Shown here: in pieces, positions 51,365 to 61,602 of the stretch
Layout: the number at the start of each line of letters is the position of its first letter
Position numbering within the stretch: position 1 is the first letter of the stretch
Origin: Candidatus Bipolaricaulota bacterium
Lineage (GTDB): Bacteria; Patescibacteriota; Patescibacteriia; UBA11705; DATKZF01
Assembly: GCA_035528115.1 (NCBI GenBank)
Contig: DATKZF010000003.1
Coordinates: 423,089 to 487,088 of the forward strand
Length of the DNA stretch: 64,000 nucleotides
Direction of reading: 5' to 3'
Made by a program: the position numbers and the translations under genes
The notes under the pieces: generated by a model
Told to the model about the DNA's origin: nothing
Databases searched by the model: none
Seen by the model: the letters and a program-made list of their open reading frames with translations, nothing else

Positions 51365-52669
51365 ATGAAGTCTCTAATAAAAAAATTCATTCCCAAAAGC
51401 GTTTTATCGCTTTACCACAAATTTTTGGCGATTGTGGCGCGTTTTGCGTTCGGCAATCCTTCTGAAAAAATGATTGTCATCGGCGTGACCGGCACGAACG
51501 GCAAGTCATCGACCGTAAAATTGATCGCCAAGGCCCTGGCGAGCGAAGGCGCCAAAGTCGGTTACACCTCCACTTCGGAATTTCAAATCGGCGACAAAGA
51601 ATGGCTCAACAAAACGAAAATGACCATGCTCGGCCGTTTTCAATTGCAAAAACTTTTGAAAAAAATGGTTGACGCGGGTTGCCGATACGCGGTGGTGGAA
51701 GTTTCTTCGCAAGGCGTGGAGCAATTTCGCCATTTTGGCATTAATTTCGATTACGCTATTTTTACGAATTTAACTCCGGAGCACATCGAAGCTCATGGAG
51801 GTTTTGAAAATTACAAAAAAGCCAAAGGCAAATTTTTCAAATTCCTGACTTTGCGGCCGCGAAAGAAAATTAACGGTCAAGAAATCAAAAAAGTCATGGT
51901 CGTCAATCGAGACGACGAGCACTCCGATTATTTCCTGTCTTTTCCGGCTGACAAAAAATTGATTTTCAGCGCCCAAGACAAATTAAGCGACGTTTTTGCG
52001 GAAAATATTAAAGTCTCGACTTTGGGCACCTCGTTTTCCGTTAAAGGCCTTGAAATAAATTTGCGTTTGCTGGGCAAGTTCAATGTTTACAACAGTTTGC
52101 CCGCGATCGCCATCGGTTTGAACGAAGGACTTGATTTGGAAAAAATAAAAGCCGCGCTCGAGGCCGCGAAAGTCATTCCCGGACGCATGGAATTGATAGA
52201 TGAGGGTCAGCCGTTTTCGGTCATTGTCGATTACGCGCCCGAGCCGTACAGCTTGGCGAAATTATATGAGACGCTTGATTTGATGCAAAAAAATAAATTG
52301 ATTCACGTCTTGGGTTCGTGCGGGGGCGGACGCGATGTGGCCCGTCGGCCGATTTTGGGCAAGATGGCCGGCGAAAAGGCGGACATTGTCATTGTCACCA
52401 ATGAAGATCCGTACGATGATGATCCTCAAAAAATAATTGATGAAGTGGCGGCCGGCGCGATCGGGGTTGGGAAAAAATTGAATGAAAATCTTTTTAAGAT
52501 ATTGGACAGAAAAGAAGCCATTGCCAAGGCCATGAATTTGGCCGGCGCCGGGGATTTGGTGGTTTTGACCGGCAAGGGTTCGGAGCAGGCGATTGTGGTG
52601 AAGAACAATAAGAAGATGCCGTGGGATGAGAGGGAGGCGGCGAGGGAGGTTTTGAGGAGGCGGTGTTAA
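51365..52669 (+). CDS. murE: UDP-MurNAc-tripeptide synthetase MurE
   Basis: GVTGTNGKSS, EVSSQG, FTNLTPEH, PGRME, VDYA, GGGRD, NEDP, GKG.E; start moved to MKSLIK. Confidence 0.92.
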   Translation: MKSLIKKFIPKSVLSLYHKFLAIVARFAFGNPSEKMIVIGVTGTNGKSSTVKLIAKALASEGAKVGYTSTSEFQIGDKEWLNKTKMTMLGRFQLQKLLKKMVDAGCRYAVVEVSSQGVEQFRHFGINFDYAIFTNLTPEHIEAHGGFENYKKAKGKFFKFLTLRPRKKINGQEIKKVMVVNRDDEHSDYFLSFPADKKLIFSAQDKLSDVFAENIKVSTLGTSFSVKGLEINLRLLGKFNVYNSLPAIAIGLNEGLDLEKIKAALEAAKVIPGRMELIDEGQPFSVIVDYAPEPYSLAKLYETLDLMQKNKLIHVLGSCGGGRDVARRPILGKMAGEKADIVIVTNEDPYDDDPQKIIDEVAAGAIGVGKKLNENLFKILDRKEAIAKAMNLAGAGDLVVLTGKGSEQAIVVKNNKKMPWDEREAAREVLRRRC

Positions 52670-52715
52670 TTTGCATTGATTCATAAAAATGTTAAATTCA
52701 AAACCAAAACCAAAA

Positions 52716-54839
52716 ATGAATATTTTAATCTATTCAGTATATGGTTTGACAATTTTTATCAGCGCTTTTTTGCTTTTTCAAATCCAGCCACTCATCAGCA
52801 AACACATTTTGCCTTGGTTTGGCGGCGTCGCTTCTGTCTGGACGATTTGCATGCTTTTTTTTCAGGCAATACTGTTTCTGGGATATTTGTATGCTCATTT
52901 AATCACGAAATACTTATCAAATAAAAAACAAATAACGGTTCACGTTGCGTTATTAATCATTGCCGCCATTTCATTGTCAATTCTGCCGGAAGCGATATGG
53001 AAACCGACTGTCGGCGACAACCCTGTATTTCTCATCCTGCTTTTATTAAGTGCGTCCGTGGCCTTACCCGCCATTATCCTTTCTTCAACTTCTCCCCTGC
53101 TCCAAAGCTGGTTTAGCAAACAAAACATTGAAAAGTCCCCTTATAAATTATACGCGATATCAAACGCCGGATCTCTACTCGCGCTTTTGAGCTTCCCTTT
53201 TTTATTTGAGCCTTTAATGCCTATAAGCGCTCAAGCAAACTTTTGGATAGTCGGATTCATTCTGTTCGTAGTTTTATGTCTATTCTCGGGTTTGTTTTTA
53301 TTTAGGAAGAAAAAAATAATAGTTGAAAAAGTCATTTCTATCCGAAATACTGAAAAGCCGACAATAAAAATGAAATTGTACTGGCTGATTCTGGCAACAT
53401 CCACTTCTATTTTGCTTTTAGCCGTTACTGAGAAAATTTCACATGATATTTCCGTGATCCCTTTTCTCTGGGTGGCTACGCTTAGCTTGTATTTAATAAC
53501 CTTTGTTATTGCTTTTTCAAGAGCCGAGAATGAAAAGCGGCGCAATAATTTATTCCCAAATTTTTTAATTTTGTGCGTTATATGCCTGTTCCTCTTTATT
53601 GGACTTAATCATCTTTTTTCGCATCTAATCACGTATTTGTTCATTTTATTTTTATTTTGCCTTGCTTGCAATCACGAATTGGTTAGATTAAAACCTGTCT
53701 CTGATTATTTAACCTCATTTTATTTGTTTATCGCGGCGGGTGGCATTGCGGGAGGCATTTTTGCCGGCATTATTGCTCCTTTAATTTTTAATACCTATGC
53801 GGAACTCCCTCTAATAATTGTTGTTTGTGTGATTATCACGTTAATTGTTATTTTAAAAGAGGCAAGCTGGCATTGGAAAATAGTTAAAACCGGTTCAGGC
53901 CAAATACAATTCACTCTTTACAAATTTGATAAAAAATTTCAATTTTCAGGGAAACCGCAAAATTATATTTTTGTTGCATTAATAGTATTCTTTTCTATTT
54001 TTTGTTTCGGAGCCATGATTTATGATAATCCACAAGGCGATTCGAAGGTGCTGGAAAAATCCAGGAATTTTTATGGTATGTTAACGGTGGAGTCATTTAA
54101 TTCCTCCGGTGAAGGCTCGCCCAGGAGAGAGTTAATATCAGGCAATATTCTTCACGGCTCGCAATTGACTGAAGAATGTAAACAAAAAAATCCCACAAGC
54201 TATTATGGCCACCAAAGCGGTGTCGGCCTTCTTCTTGATCGCTATCAAGACAAGCCGAAGCGAGTCGGCATAATCGGGTTGGGCGCGGGCACCATTGCAG
54301 CTTATGGACAGAGCGGGGATTATTTCAAGTTTTATGAGATTAATCCCGAAGTTACAAACATCAGCAAAAAATATTTCACTTACGTGGAAAATTCAGAGGC
54401 TACTATAGATATTGCAGAGGGGGACGCACGGCTATCGCTTGAGCGAGAAAATTTTCAAAATTATAATATCTTAATCATTGATGCTTTTACCAATGATTCG
54501 ATTCCAGTTCATCTTTTAACTAAAGAAGCATTTGACATATATTTAAAACATCTTAATAATGACGGAGTGATTGCCTTGAATATTTCCAGCCTTTATATTG
54601 ATTTGACGCCGGTAGTTTTAAAACTGGCCGAATATAACCACCTCGATGCCGAGATTATTGCTTCAAATGGTGATATAGACCAAAATACCGCGACTGCCCT
54701 GTGGATTTTGCTAAGCAAGAATGAAAATTTGATTAAAAACTTGAATAACAGTTCCGATGATTTCGCTGAAAAAATAGATATCAGCGCTGCTGACCTATGG
54801 ACAGATGATTACAGCAATATTTTTAAATTGCTTAAGTAA
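52716..54839 (+). CDS. Multi-TM protein fused to a spermidine-synthase-like SAM domain
   Basis: SAFLLFQIQP..LPWFGG, LYAISNAGSL, IGLGAG, YEINP, GDAR, IDAF, WTDDYSN. Confidence 0.85.
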   Translation: MNILIYSVYGLTIFISAFLLFQIQPLISKHILPWFGGVASVWTICMLFFQAILFLGYLYAHLITKYLSNKKQITVHVALLIIAAISLSILPEAIWKPTVGDNPVFLILLLLSASVALPAIILSSTSPLLQSWFSKQNIEKSPYKLYAISNAGSLLALLSFPFLFEPLMPISAQANFWIVGFILFVVLCLFSGLFLFRKKKIIVEKVISIRNTEKPTIKMKLYWLILATSTSILLLAVTEKISHDISVIPFLWVATLSLYLITFVIAFSRAENEKRRNNLFPNFLILCVICLFLFIGLNHLFSHLITYLFILFLFCLACNHELVRLKPVSDYLTSFYLFIAAGGIAGGIFAGIIAPLIFNTYAELPLIIVVCVIITLIVILKEASWHWKIVKTGSGQIQFTLYKFDKKFQFSGKPQNYIFVALIVFFSIFCFGAMIYDNPQGDSKVLEKSRNFYGMLTVESFNSSGEGSPRRELISGNILHGSQLTEECKQKNPTSYYGHQSGVGLLLDRYQDKPKRVGIIGLGAGTIAAYGQSGDYFKFYEINPEVTNISKKYFTYVENSEATIDIAEGDARLSLERENFQNYNILIIDAFTNDSIPVHLLTKEAFDIYLKHLNNDGVIALNISSLYIDLTPVVLKLAEYNHLDAEIIASNGDIDQNTATALWILLSKNENLIKNLNNSSDDFAEKIDISAADLWTDDYSNIFKLLK

Positions 54840-54893
54840 TGGACTTGTTAAAATTGATAAGTACCGGATATAGCGACAAGATAACTACGCAAA

Positions 54894-54957
54894 GAAGAAC
54901 AATAAAAAGATGCCGTGGGATGAGAGGGAGGTGGCGAGGGAGTGTTTGAGGAGGCGG
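54894..54957 (+). repeat. Second copy of the murE 3' end
   Basis: Matches 52600-52663; encodes KNNKKMPWDEREVARECLRRRGNN*. Confidence 0.92.
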
Positions 54958-55032
54958 GGGAATAATTAATTAGGGAGTTAAATATAAAAGGTAGTTGGCC
55001 AAAAGGTTCACTTAAACATTAACCAATTATGT

Positions 55033-55434
55033 ATGAAAATATTTAAAAATATATTTGGCTTAATATTGTTGGCAATAAGCGGATTTTATGCGATGTTTGC
55101 TGTAAGTTTTATACGCGAGATCCCTCTTTTTAATAGCGCATTTGGCAGCTTACTATGGCTGATTGCTATACTGGGTTTATTGGGGGTAACCGGATTATGG
55201 ACAACAATTTTGTTAAGAATCTTTCAAAAGGATGTCAAAAAACCAATCACAAAATATCTTATTTACATTGGAATCGTCGCAGCCCTAACAGTCTCTGTGA
55301 TAGGTTTTTCATTTTTTGGATTAAAAGAGTCAATCATCGCTTTAGGAAATTTTATGCTTAGTTGGGGATTATTGTTGTTTTCAATAGCTGTTATTGTTTA
55401 TTTGAAATTTGAACCATTTCGTAAGAAAAAATAA
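55033..55434 (+). CDS. Hypothetical 4-TM protein
   Basis: 133-aa hydrophobic AT-rich ORF. Confidence 0.7.
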   Translation: MKIFKNIFGLILLAISGFYAMFAVSFIREIPLFNSAFGSLLWLIAILGLLGVTGLWTTILLRIFQKDVKKPITKYLIYIGIVAALTVSVIGFSFFGLKESIIALGNFMLSWGLLLFSIAVIVYLKFEPFRKKK

Positions 55435-55441
55435 ACGTATG

Positions 55442-55509
55442 GTCTAACAGCGCCTATGGTAAATGTCGTTTTCTCGCCTTCGGTGGACGATGAGCCGCAA
55501 ACGTTATCT
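55442..55509 (+). other. attC-like imperfect palindrome
   Basis: GTCTAAC (RYYYAAC) just after the stop ... CGCAAACGTTAT, with an internal hairpin. Confidence 0.4.
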
Positions 55510-55625
55510 CAATCACAGAACGCGCGATTTCGCGCGTTTTTTGGTTGATTTTTGGGGGTGGATGTGGTATGTTGGGGGTAATTAAATGGAAAATATGCCT
55601 CTATACTAATCGATAATGGAAGGCG

Positions 55626-55703
55626 CGGAGCAGGCGATTGTGGTTAAGAATAATAAAAAGATGCCGTGGGATGAGAGGGAGGCGGCGAGGGAGGTTTTGA
55701 GGA
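55626..55703 (+). repeat. Third copy of the murE 3' end
   Basis: 75/78 identical to 52581-52658; encodes EQAIVVKNNKKMPWDEREAAREVLRKINK*. Confidence 0.95.
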
Positions 55704-55769
55704 AAATCAACAAATAGTAACCTATCAAAAAAGGTCAAAATATATCAGCCGAAGTTATAAGTTAATAAT

Positions 55770-58631
55770 ATGACAGGAAATTTTAAAATAGAAATCAGAC
55801 ATTTAGTTAAAAATTTTAAAGAGCAAGATGGTCAGAGACGGTCTGAAGAAGATATCCAAACCAGCTTTACTATTAAATTAATGGAGGTTCTCGGCTGGGA
55901 CAGCTCTCATTGGGCAATAAATACCGGTCAGGACGTAAAAACAGGCAAAAAGCCTGATATTGTTTTAAAATCAGGATCTTCAAAATTGATAGTTATCGAA
56001 TCAAAAGATGCCAAGAAAAAAGATATGCTTGACGGCTCATACGGCAACAAAACTTTTAAGCAGCAACTATTTAATTATTGCAAAGCGGAAGGGGTGGCCT
56101 GGGGTATTTTGACTAATTTTATTGAATGGCGATTGTACAGTGTTCATCATAGTCGATTATACAAAGAGAAGAAATATGCTTTTTACGATTTGTTATGGCC
56201 TAACGCAGATAAGAGCAGTTACGTGGATTTATTGTCCGATGAGGGGATGCAATTTCTAAATTTAATTTCAAAAGAAAATTTAATTAAAAAGAATGGAATT
56301 ATTGATCCTGATCCGATATATTATCCTGAACAGCTAGATATAGAGCAAGAAAAAATAAAAAAAGAATTTTTCAGCAAGATAAAAAATTGGCGCGAGAATT
56401 TACGAAAATTTATAAATAAAAATTATTCTAAATATACCCTTGAGGAAGTTGATTTAATGGCGCAGAAGATATTAGATCGAATGATTTTTATTGATATTTG
56501 TCATGATAAGGGCATTGTTTATGAAAATCATCTTCGTGCAATATTATCTTCAAAATTGCCCAAGTACGAAGAGTTGAAGGAGAAATTTAAGGTAATGAAC
56601 GAGAAGTTCAACACTGAGCTTTTTGCTCAAAATACTATTGATGAAATTAAAATTAGCAACGATGTAATAATCCCTATTATAGAAGAATTAGACGAAATCG
56701 ATTTTAGCAAACTTAGTGTTCACATTATTGGGGAAGTATATGAAAATTATCTGGGAGAGATAGCCAAGGGGAACGTGAAGAAAGAAGATGTAATGAAGGC
56801 AAAACAAAAAAATAAACGAAAATCGCAAGGTATATACTATACTCCTGATTACATTGTTGATTATATTGTCAAAAAGACAGTGGGTGAATTGTTGAAAAAA
56901 GCTAAAACAAAAGAGGATATAGAGAAAATTAGAGTTTTGGACCCTGCTTGCGGTTCGGGTTCGTTTTTAATTCGTGCTTTTGATGAGTTTTTTGAGGCAT
57001 ACAAGAGAGTAATGAAGGAAGGTGGGCTTTTAGGTTTTGAAATAAAGAAAAAAATATTGCAAAACAACCTTTTCGGCGTTGATTTAGATCCCAAAGCTGT
57101 GGAAATCGCCAAGCTAAACCTAATGATTAAGGCGCTTGAAGGCGCGACGCCAAACGAATTAAGAGGCGATCATTTGCTACCTAACTTGAATCTAAATATT
57201 CGTTGTGGCAATTCCTTGATTGGAGGGGAGAAGTTAAAAGAAAAGGAAAATAATTTGAATCTGTTTGACAAGTTTGACGATGAAATAAAAAAATTAATTG
57301 ATTTTAAGGAGCGGTTTCGTAAATCCATCTCTAATGATGAAAAAAAAGAAATTCTGAACGAAATTAATATATTTGAGGGATACATTAATAAAGAAGTAAA
57401 TGATAGCCTGTATAAATATTTCAAGAATTTGAATAGAATTAGGCCATTCAATTACACAATCGCTTTTTGTGAAATATTCAAAGACGGTGGATTTGATGCG
57501 GTGATTGGAAATCCGCCATATATTAGACCACATAGAATTGACACAAGTATAAAAGGATATTTATGGGAAAATTATTATTCATTCAAGGCAAAATCCGATA
57601 TCTACGTATGTTTCATTGAAAATGCAATACAACTCACGAAAAAAGGCGGACTAATTTCATATATAGTTTCAAACACATGGCTATCATTAGAGAGTTTCGA
57701 AAATCTACGAACTTTCATCCTAAACAATACAAAAATAAAAATGTTGATTAACCCTCCAGCAAAGGTTTTTAGTGGAGCGCAAGTGTCGACGATTGTTTTT
57801 GTTTTTGAAAAAGATGAATCTAAGGGAAATAAAATAATTGTAGGGGGATTATCTCAAAACGCATTCAAACTCGAGGGTGCAATAAAACAAACGCTGTTCA
57901 ATAAAACACACAAAAAAGTTTTCGATTTATCTTTACTAGATAAACAGGTTTTTTCAATAAAGGTTGCAACGACCCCGTTAAAAAAAGTCGCGAAATTTTA
58001 CTATGGAATAAAAACCGGAGATGATGAGAAATTTTTGACTTTCAAACCCAAAGATAAAAATAATTATAAACAACTTTTAAGAAGAAGTGATTTTAATCGA
58101 TATCTAATAGATTACAAAGGTGAGTATGTTTGGTACGCACCAGAATTAATGAAAGAAAATAAAGCCACCGCTCGGCCAGGAGAACCAAAAAGATTCGATG
58201 AAACAAAAATTATTATAACTGACATTGCAAAAAAAATAATTGCGACATTGGATTTACGACATTATTATATTAAAGATGCCTTAATCCTTCATCAAATAAA
58301 AAATGGTTATGATTTAAGGTATTTATTAGGTGTTATAAATTCAAAATTATTAAATTTTATCTACACCAAGACATTTAGAAATTTGAGCGTAGCTAAAAAC
58401 GCTTTTATGCAATTGCCAATTAAGATAATAGAGATTAGTGAAGAAAAAGCTTTGTATAACACAATTGTTCGCTTGGTAGACCAATTGCTTAAATTAAATA
58501 AGACTACAGAATCCCGCGAAATAAACAAAACAAAAATCCAGGCGCTGGATTATGAAATTGATAAGATGGTGTATAAGCTTTATGGGTTGGGGGAGTCTGA
58601 GATAAAAACAATTGAACAAGCTGTAAAATAA
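55770..58631 (+). CDS. Type IIG (Eco57I-like) restriction-modification fusion
   Basis: N-terminal PD..ESK nuclease with LTNF; G.YYTP; DPACGSG; GNPPY; TaqI-C-like TRD. Confidence 0.88.
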   Translation: MTGNFKIEIRHLVKNFKEQDGQRRSEEDIQTSFTIKLMEVLGWDSSHWAINTGQDVKTGKKPDIVLKSGSSKLIVIESKDAKKKDMLDGSYGNKTFKQQLFNYCKAEGVAWGILTNFIEWRLYSVHHSRLYKEKKYAFYDLLWPNADKSSYVDLLSDEGMQFLNLISKENLIKKNGIIDPDPIYYPEQLDIEQEKIKKEFFSKIKNWRENLRKFINKNYSKYTLEEVDLMAQKILDRMIFIDICHDKGIVYENHLRAILSSKLPKYEELKEKFKVMNEKFNTELFAQNTIDEIKISNDVIIPIIEELDEIDFSKLSVHIIGEVYENYLGEIAKGNVKKEDVMKAKQKNKRKSQGIYYTPDYIVDYIVKKTVGELLKKAKTKEDIEKIRVLDPACGSGSFLIRAFDEFFEAYKRVMKEGGLLGFEIKKKILQNNLFGVDLDPKAVEIAKLNLMIKALEGATPNELRGDHLLPNLNLNIRCGNSLIGGEKLKEKENNLNLFDKFDDEIKKLIDFKERFRKSISNDEKKEILNEINIFEGYINKEVNDSLYKYFKNLNRIRPFNYTIAFCEIFKDGGFDAVIGNPPYIRPHRIDTSIKGYLWENYYSFKAKSDIYVCFIENAIQLTKKGGLISYIVSNTWLSLESFENLRTFILNNTKIKMLINPPAKVFSGAQVSTIVFVFEKDESKGNKIIVGGLSQNAFKLEGAIKQTLFNKTHKKVFDLSLLDKQVFSIKVATTPLKKVAKFYYGIKTGDDEKFLTFKPKDKNNYKQLLRRSDFNRYLIDYKGEYVWYAPELMKENKATARPGEPKRFDETKIIITDIAKKIIATLDLRHYYIKDALILHQIKNGYDLRYLLGVINSKLLNFIYTKTFRNLSVAKNAFMQLPIKIIEISEEKALYNTIVRLVDQLLKLNKTTESREINKTKIQALDYEIDKMVYKLYGLGESEIKTIEQAVK

Positions 58632-58634
58632 TTT

Positions 58635-59369
58635 ATGAAATGTAAATTATGTGGGGAAGAGAAAGTATTAGTTAATGCACATATCATACCAAAAGTTTTC
58701 TATAATTACATCTATAAAAATACCAATGACCATTCTTTAGCGCTTGCATCAAGTAAAAACAATGTTCGGAAAAAGAGGGTCCCAAAAGGCATATATGATA
58801 AAAAGATCCTTTGTAAAGAATGTGATAATAGCTTGGGGGTTTATGATGATTATGCAAGCCGATTATTGTTGTGTGAATTTGATCCCGGAAATTTTATAGC
58901 TGACGGACAGGGCTATAAAATTGATAAGTATGCTTTTGATAAATTATCATTCTTTTTTTTATCTGTTCTGTGGCGTGCATCAATCACTACTCACGAATTA
59001 TTTAGACGAGTTTCCCTCGGGCCATACGAAACTAAAATAAAGGATATCTTAACAATGGAAAACGTTGATAAACTAAATGAATTTAATATTTTAATTTTAC
59101 GATATCTTGATTTCGCGGGTCAAAATTCCATTTTAGAACCATTCTTGACAAGAATAGATAAAATCAGATTTAATGTAATTTTTTTGGGTGGAGGATATAA
59201 ATTTTTTTTACGAGTAGATAAACAAAGATTGCCTGCACAAAACAAATTGAATATTTTGTTCATGAGACAAGATAAACCATTATTAATTTTAGTTGAAAAA
59301 GATATAAAAAAATGCAGCGATTTCCATGTGTTGAAGGCAATAACGTGGAACAATCTGCAAAAAAAGTAG
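58635..59369 (+). CDS. HNH-like zinc-binding hypothetical protein
   Basis: CKLC..AHIIP..LCKECDN. Confidence 0.65.
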   Translation: MKCKLCGEEKVLVNAHIIPKVFYNYIYKNTNDHSLALASSKNNVRKKRVPKGIYDKKILCKECDNSLGVYDDYASRLLLCEFDPGNFIADGQGYKIDKYAFDKLSFFFLSVLWRASITTHELFRRVSLGPYETKIKDILTMENVDKLNEFNILILRYLDFAGQNSILEPFLTRIDKIRFNVIFLGGGYKFFLRVDKQRLPAQNKLNILFMRQDKPLLILVEKDIKKCSDFHVLKAITWNNLQKK

Positions 59370-59441
59370 CAATAGTAAAGTAACTATGTAATCAAGGCAT
59401 TATGATGCTAATATCTTCGCTATAAATAACAAAATAATAAT

Positions 59442-60113
59442 ATGGAAAAACAAATTTTACAATATGAGGACGACTTGAAAAGACATTTTCAAGAACAACT
59501 AAATTTTTTGGAAAAATCGGCCACTGAATTTGATAATGGCGATGAATCAGAAGCAAAGCGAATGGCAACACATCTACGTACATTACTTCATAATACTGTA
59601 AAATCTACATCGCTTTTGCAGCATTTGAATTTATTACATACAAAATTTTTTGATTCCTCATTCAATTATGATCCTGGAATTACTTCTTTTTGCAGTTTAA
59701 TTGTTATTGATGTTACTAATTTAAAATACCAACCATTTTTAGATGACTCCTCTGAGAGTAATAAGAATATATCAATAGATTTTGAAAATTGGTGGAGTAA
59801 AAATCCTGTTTTTATTGATTTAAATAAAAATGAATTTACACGAAAGGATATAATTTTATTTTTAACCAACAAAGATGGGGGCGCTCATGTGGATACTATG
59901 GCAGAAGAAAAATTTGTTAAATTCTCTCGCCAAAATTCTATCGGATGGAATTTCGTTAAAAATGGAAATGAGATTAAGGTTAGGGGAGCTGACATAGCCG
60001 CCATAAGACAAATAACCCATGAGGTTTTGAAAACTTTCATCCATAATTATACAAAAACAAGGGATGTCCATGGAGTTGAATTTGCATCTATATCAATAGA
60101 GGAAGTTGAATAA
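59442..60113 (+). CDS. Hypothetical protein
   Basis: 223-aa AT-rich ORF with LRTLLH, WW and KDGGAHVD motifs. Confidence 0.7.
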   Translation: MEKQILQYEDDLKRHFQEQLNFLEKSATEFDNGDESEAKRMATHLRTLLHNTVKSTSLLQHLNLLHTKFFDSSFNYDPGITSFCSLIVIDVTNLKYQPFLDDSSESNKNISIDFENWWSKNPVFIDLNKNEFTRKDIILFLTNKDGGAHVDTMAEEKFVKFSRQNSIGWNFVKNGNEIKVRGADIAAIRQITHEVLKTFIHNYTKTRDVHGVEFASISIEEVE

Positions 60114-60151
60114 TAATTAAAATTGTATTGATTATAAAAAAGGTAAATTTT

Positions 60152-60343
60152 ATGAATAAGTATTATACATGTATCATTTGCGGCTCATTAGTTTTTTTTG
60201 TTGCACAACAAGTTGCATTTATGTGTGAGGAATGTTTTTTAGAAAAACATGTACATTTGCCAGAACAATATTACGCAACGAATTTTTATAACCTGCAAAC
60301 AGCTGGACTATCTGCGACGTTATCGGCAAATATTGACAGGTAA
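60152..60343 (+). CDS. Small zinc-ribbon-like ORF
   Basis: CIICG..CEEC..HVH. Confidence 0.4.
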   Translation: MNKYYTCIICGSLVFFVAQQVAFMCEECFLEKHVHLPEQYYATNFYNLQTAGLSATLSANIDR

Positions 60344-60366
60344 ATCATTCAAGGAGATGCACAATA

Positions 60367-60458
60367 TTTTTGTTATTTATCGCCTAAAATGGTCGGTTTG
60401 AATCCTATGTATTAGTTTGCACTAGCTAAAAAACCTCAATGTTTGCCGCCAAAAACAT
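60367..60458 (+). repeat. 92-bp direct repeat, copy 1
   Basis: About 89% identical to 61603-61694. Confidence 0.92.
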
Positions 60459-60567
60459 CCACCCCGCCCCGCGCGGGAGATTTTTTTAAAATGCCGGCCG
60501 CGATTATTTATTTGACACATTCCCCAAAATCACGAAAAATGGAAGTATTGGCCGGTTAAAATTATTT

Positions 60568-61557
60568 ATGAAACAAAAAAATCATTCAAAGGGCGAAATA
60601 ATGATTTATACAACCTCGAAAAACGAGGTGGAGTTGAAGGTTCATTTTAAAAATGAATCTGTTTGGCTTGGACAAAGTGAAATTGCGTTGCTGTTTGGCA
60701 GAGAACGATCGGTTATCACCAAGCATATCAATAAGATTTTTTCTGATAAAGAAGTTGATAAAGCAAGCAATGTGCAAAAAATGCACATTGCAAATTCTGA
60801 TAAACCCGTGGAATTTTACAGCCTAGATGTAATTTTAGCCGTGGGTTACCGCGCGAATTCACCCCGCGCCATCCATTTTCGCCATTGGGCCACGAAAATC
60901 TTGAAACAATATTTAATCAAGGGTTACGCCATAAACGAAAAACGTCTGCTGGAAGCTCAAAATAAATTCAAAGAACTTCAAGAAACGGTTTTATTTTTGC
61001 AAAAACATTCAAAAAAGGAATTGTTGAAAGGACAAGAAGCGGAAATTTTAAATTTACTTGCCGATTACTCAAAAACACTTTCATTGCTTGGACAATACGA
61101 TAACGGAAAACTGGCGGAAAAGAAAGGCAAAAGGACGAAATTTATTCTGCGATACAACGATTGCTCCAATATAGCGGTTAAACTTAAAGACGGACTTATC
61201 GCCAAAAAAGAGGCCGGCGACTTGTTCGGGCATGAACGGGGAGGAAGCTTTGAAGGTATTATCTCCGGGTTGTATCAGTCTTTCGCGAGAAAGGAGCTGT
61301 ATCCCGCGATTGAAGACAAAGCGTCTCATTTGCTTTACTTAATGATCAAAGACCATCCCTTTTTTGACGGCAATAAAAGAATCGCTTCGTTTTTATTTGT
61401 TTATTTTCTGGACAGGTCAAATTATCTTTTCAAAAAATCCGGCGAGCGAAAAATCAATGACAACGCGTTGACGGCGCTGGCGCTGCTTATTGCCGAAAGC
61501 GCTCCAAAAGATAAAGAGACAATGATTAAAATTATTAAAAATTTAATTGGCGAATAA
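60568..61557 (+). CDS. RhuM / Fic-DOC fusion protein
   Basis: VWL.Q.EIA.LF, YSLDVILAVGYR.NS, FR.WAT; Fic motif HPFFDGNKR. Confidence 0.9.
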   Translation: MKQKNHSKGEIMIYTTSKNEVELKVHFKNESVWLGQSEIALLFGRERSVITKHINKIFSDKEVDKASNVQKMHIANSDKPVEFYSLDVILAVGYRANSPRAIHFRHWATKILKQYLIKGYAINEKRLLEAQNKFKELQETVLFLQKHSKKELLKGQEAEILNLLADYSKTLSLLGQYDNGKLAEKKGKRTKFILRYNDCSNIAVKLKDGLIAKKEAGDLFGHERGGSFEGIISGLYQSFARKELYPAIEDKASHLLYLMIKDHPFFDGNKRIASFLFVYFLDRSNYLFKKSGERKINDNALTALALLIAESAPKDKETMIKIIKNLIGE

Positions 61558-61602
61558 TTATATATAATATGCCTCTTTTCTCCCGCCTCCGCGCGGGAGT
61601 TT

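Noticed and set aside
52581-55703. Diversity-generating retroelement TR/VR pair
   Set aside because: Differences between copies are not confined to adenines, and no reverse transcriptase is present in the window.
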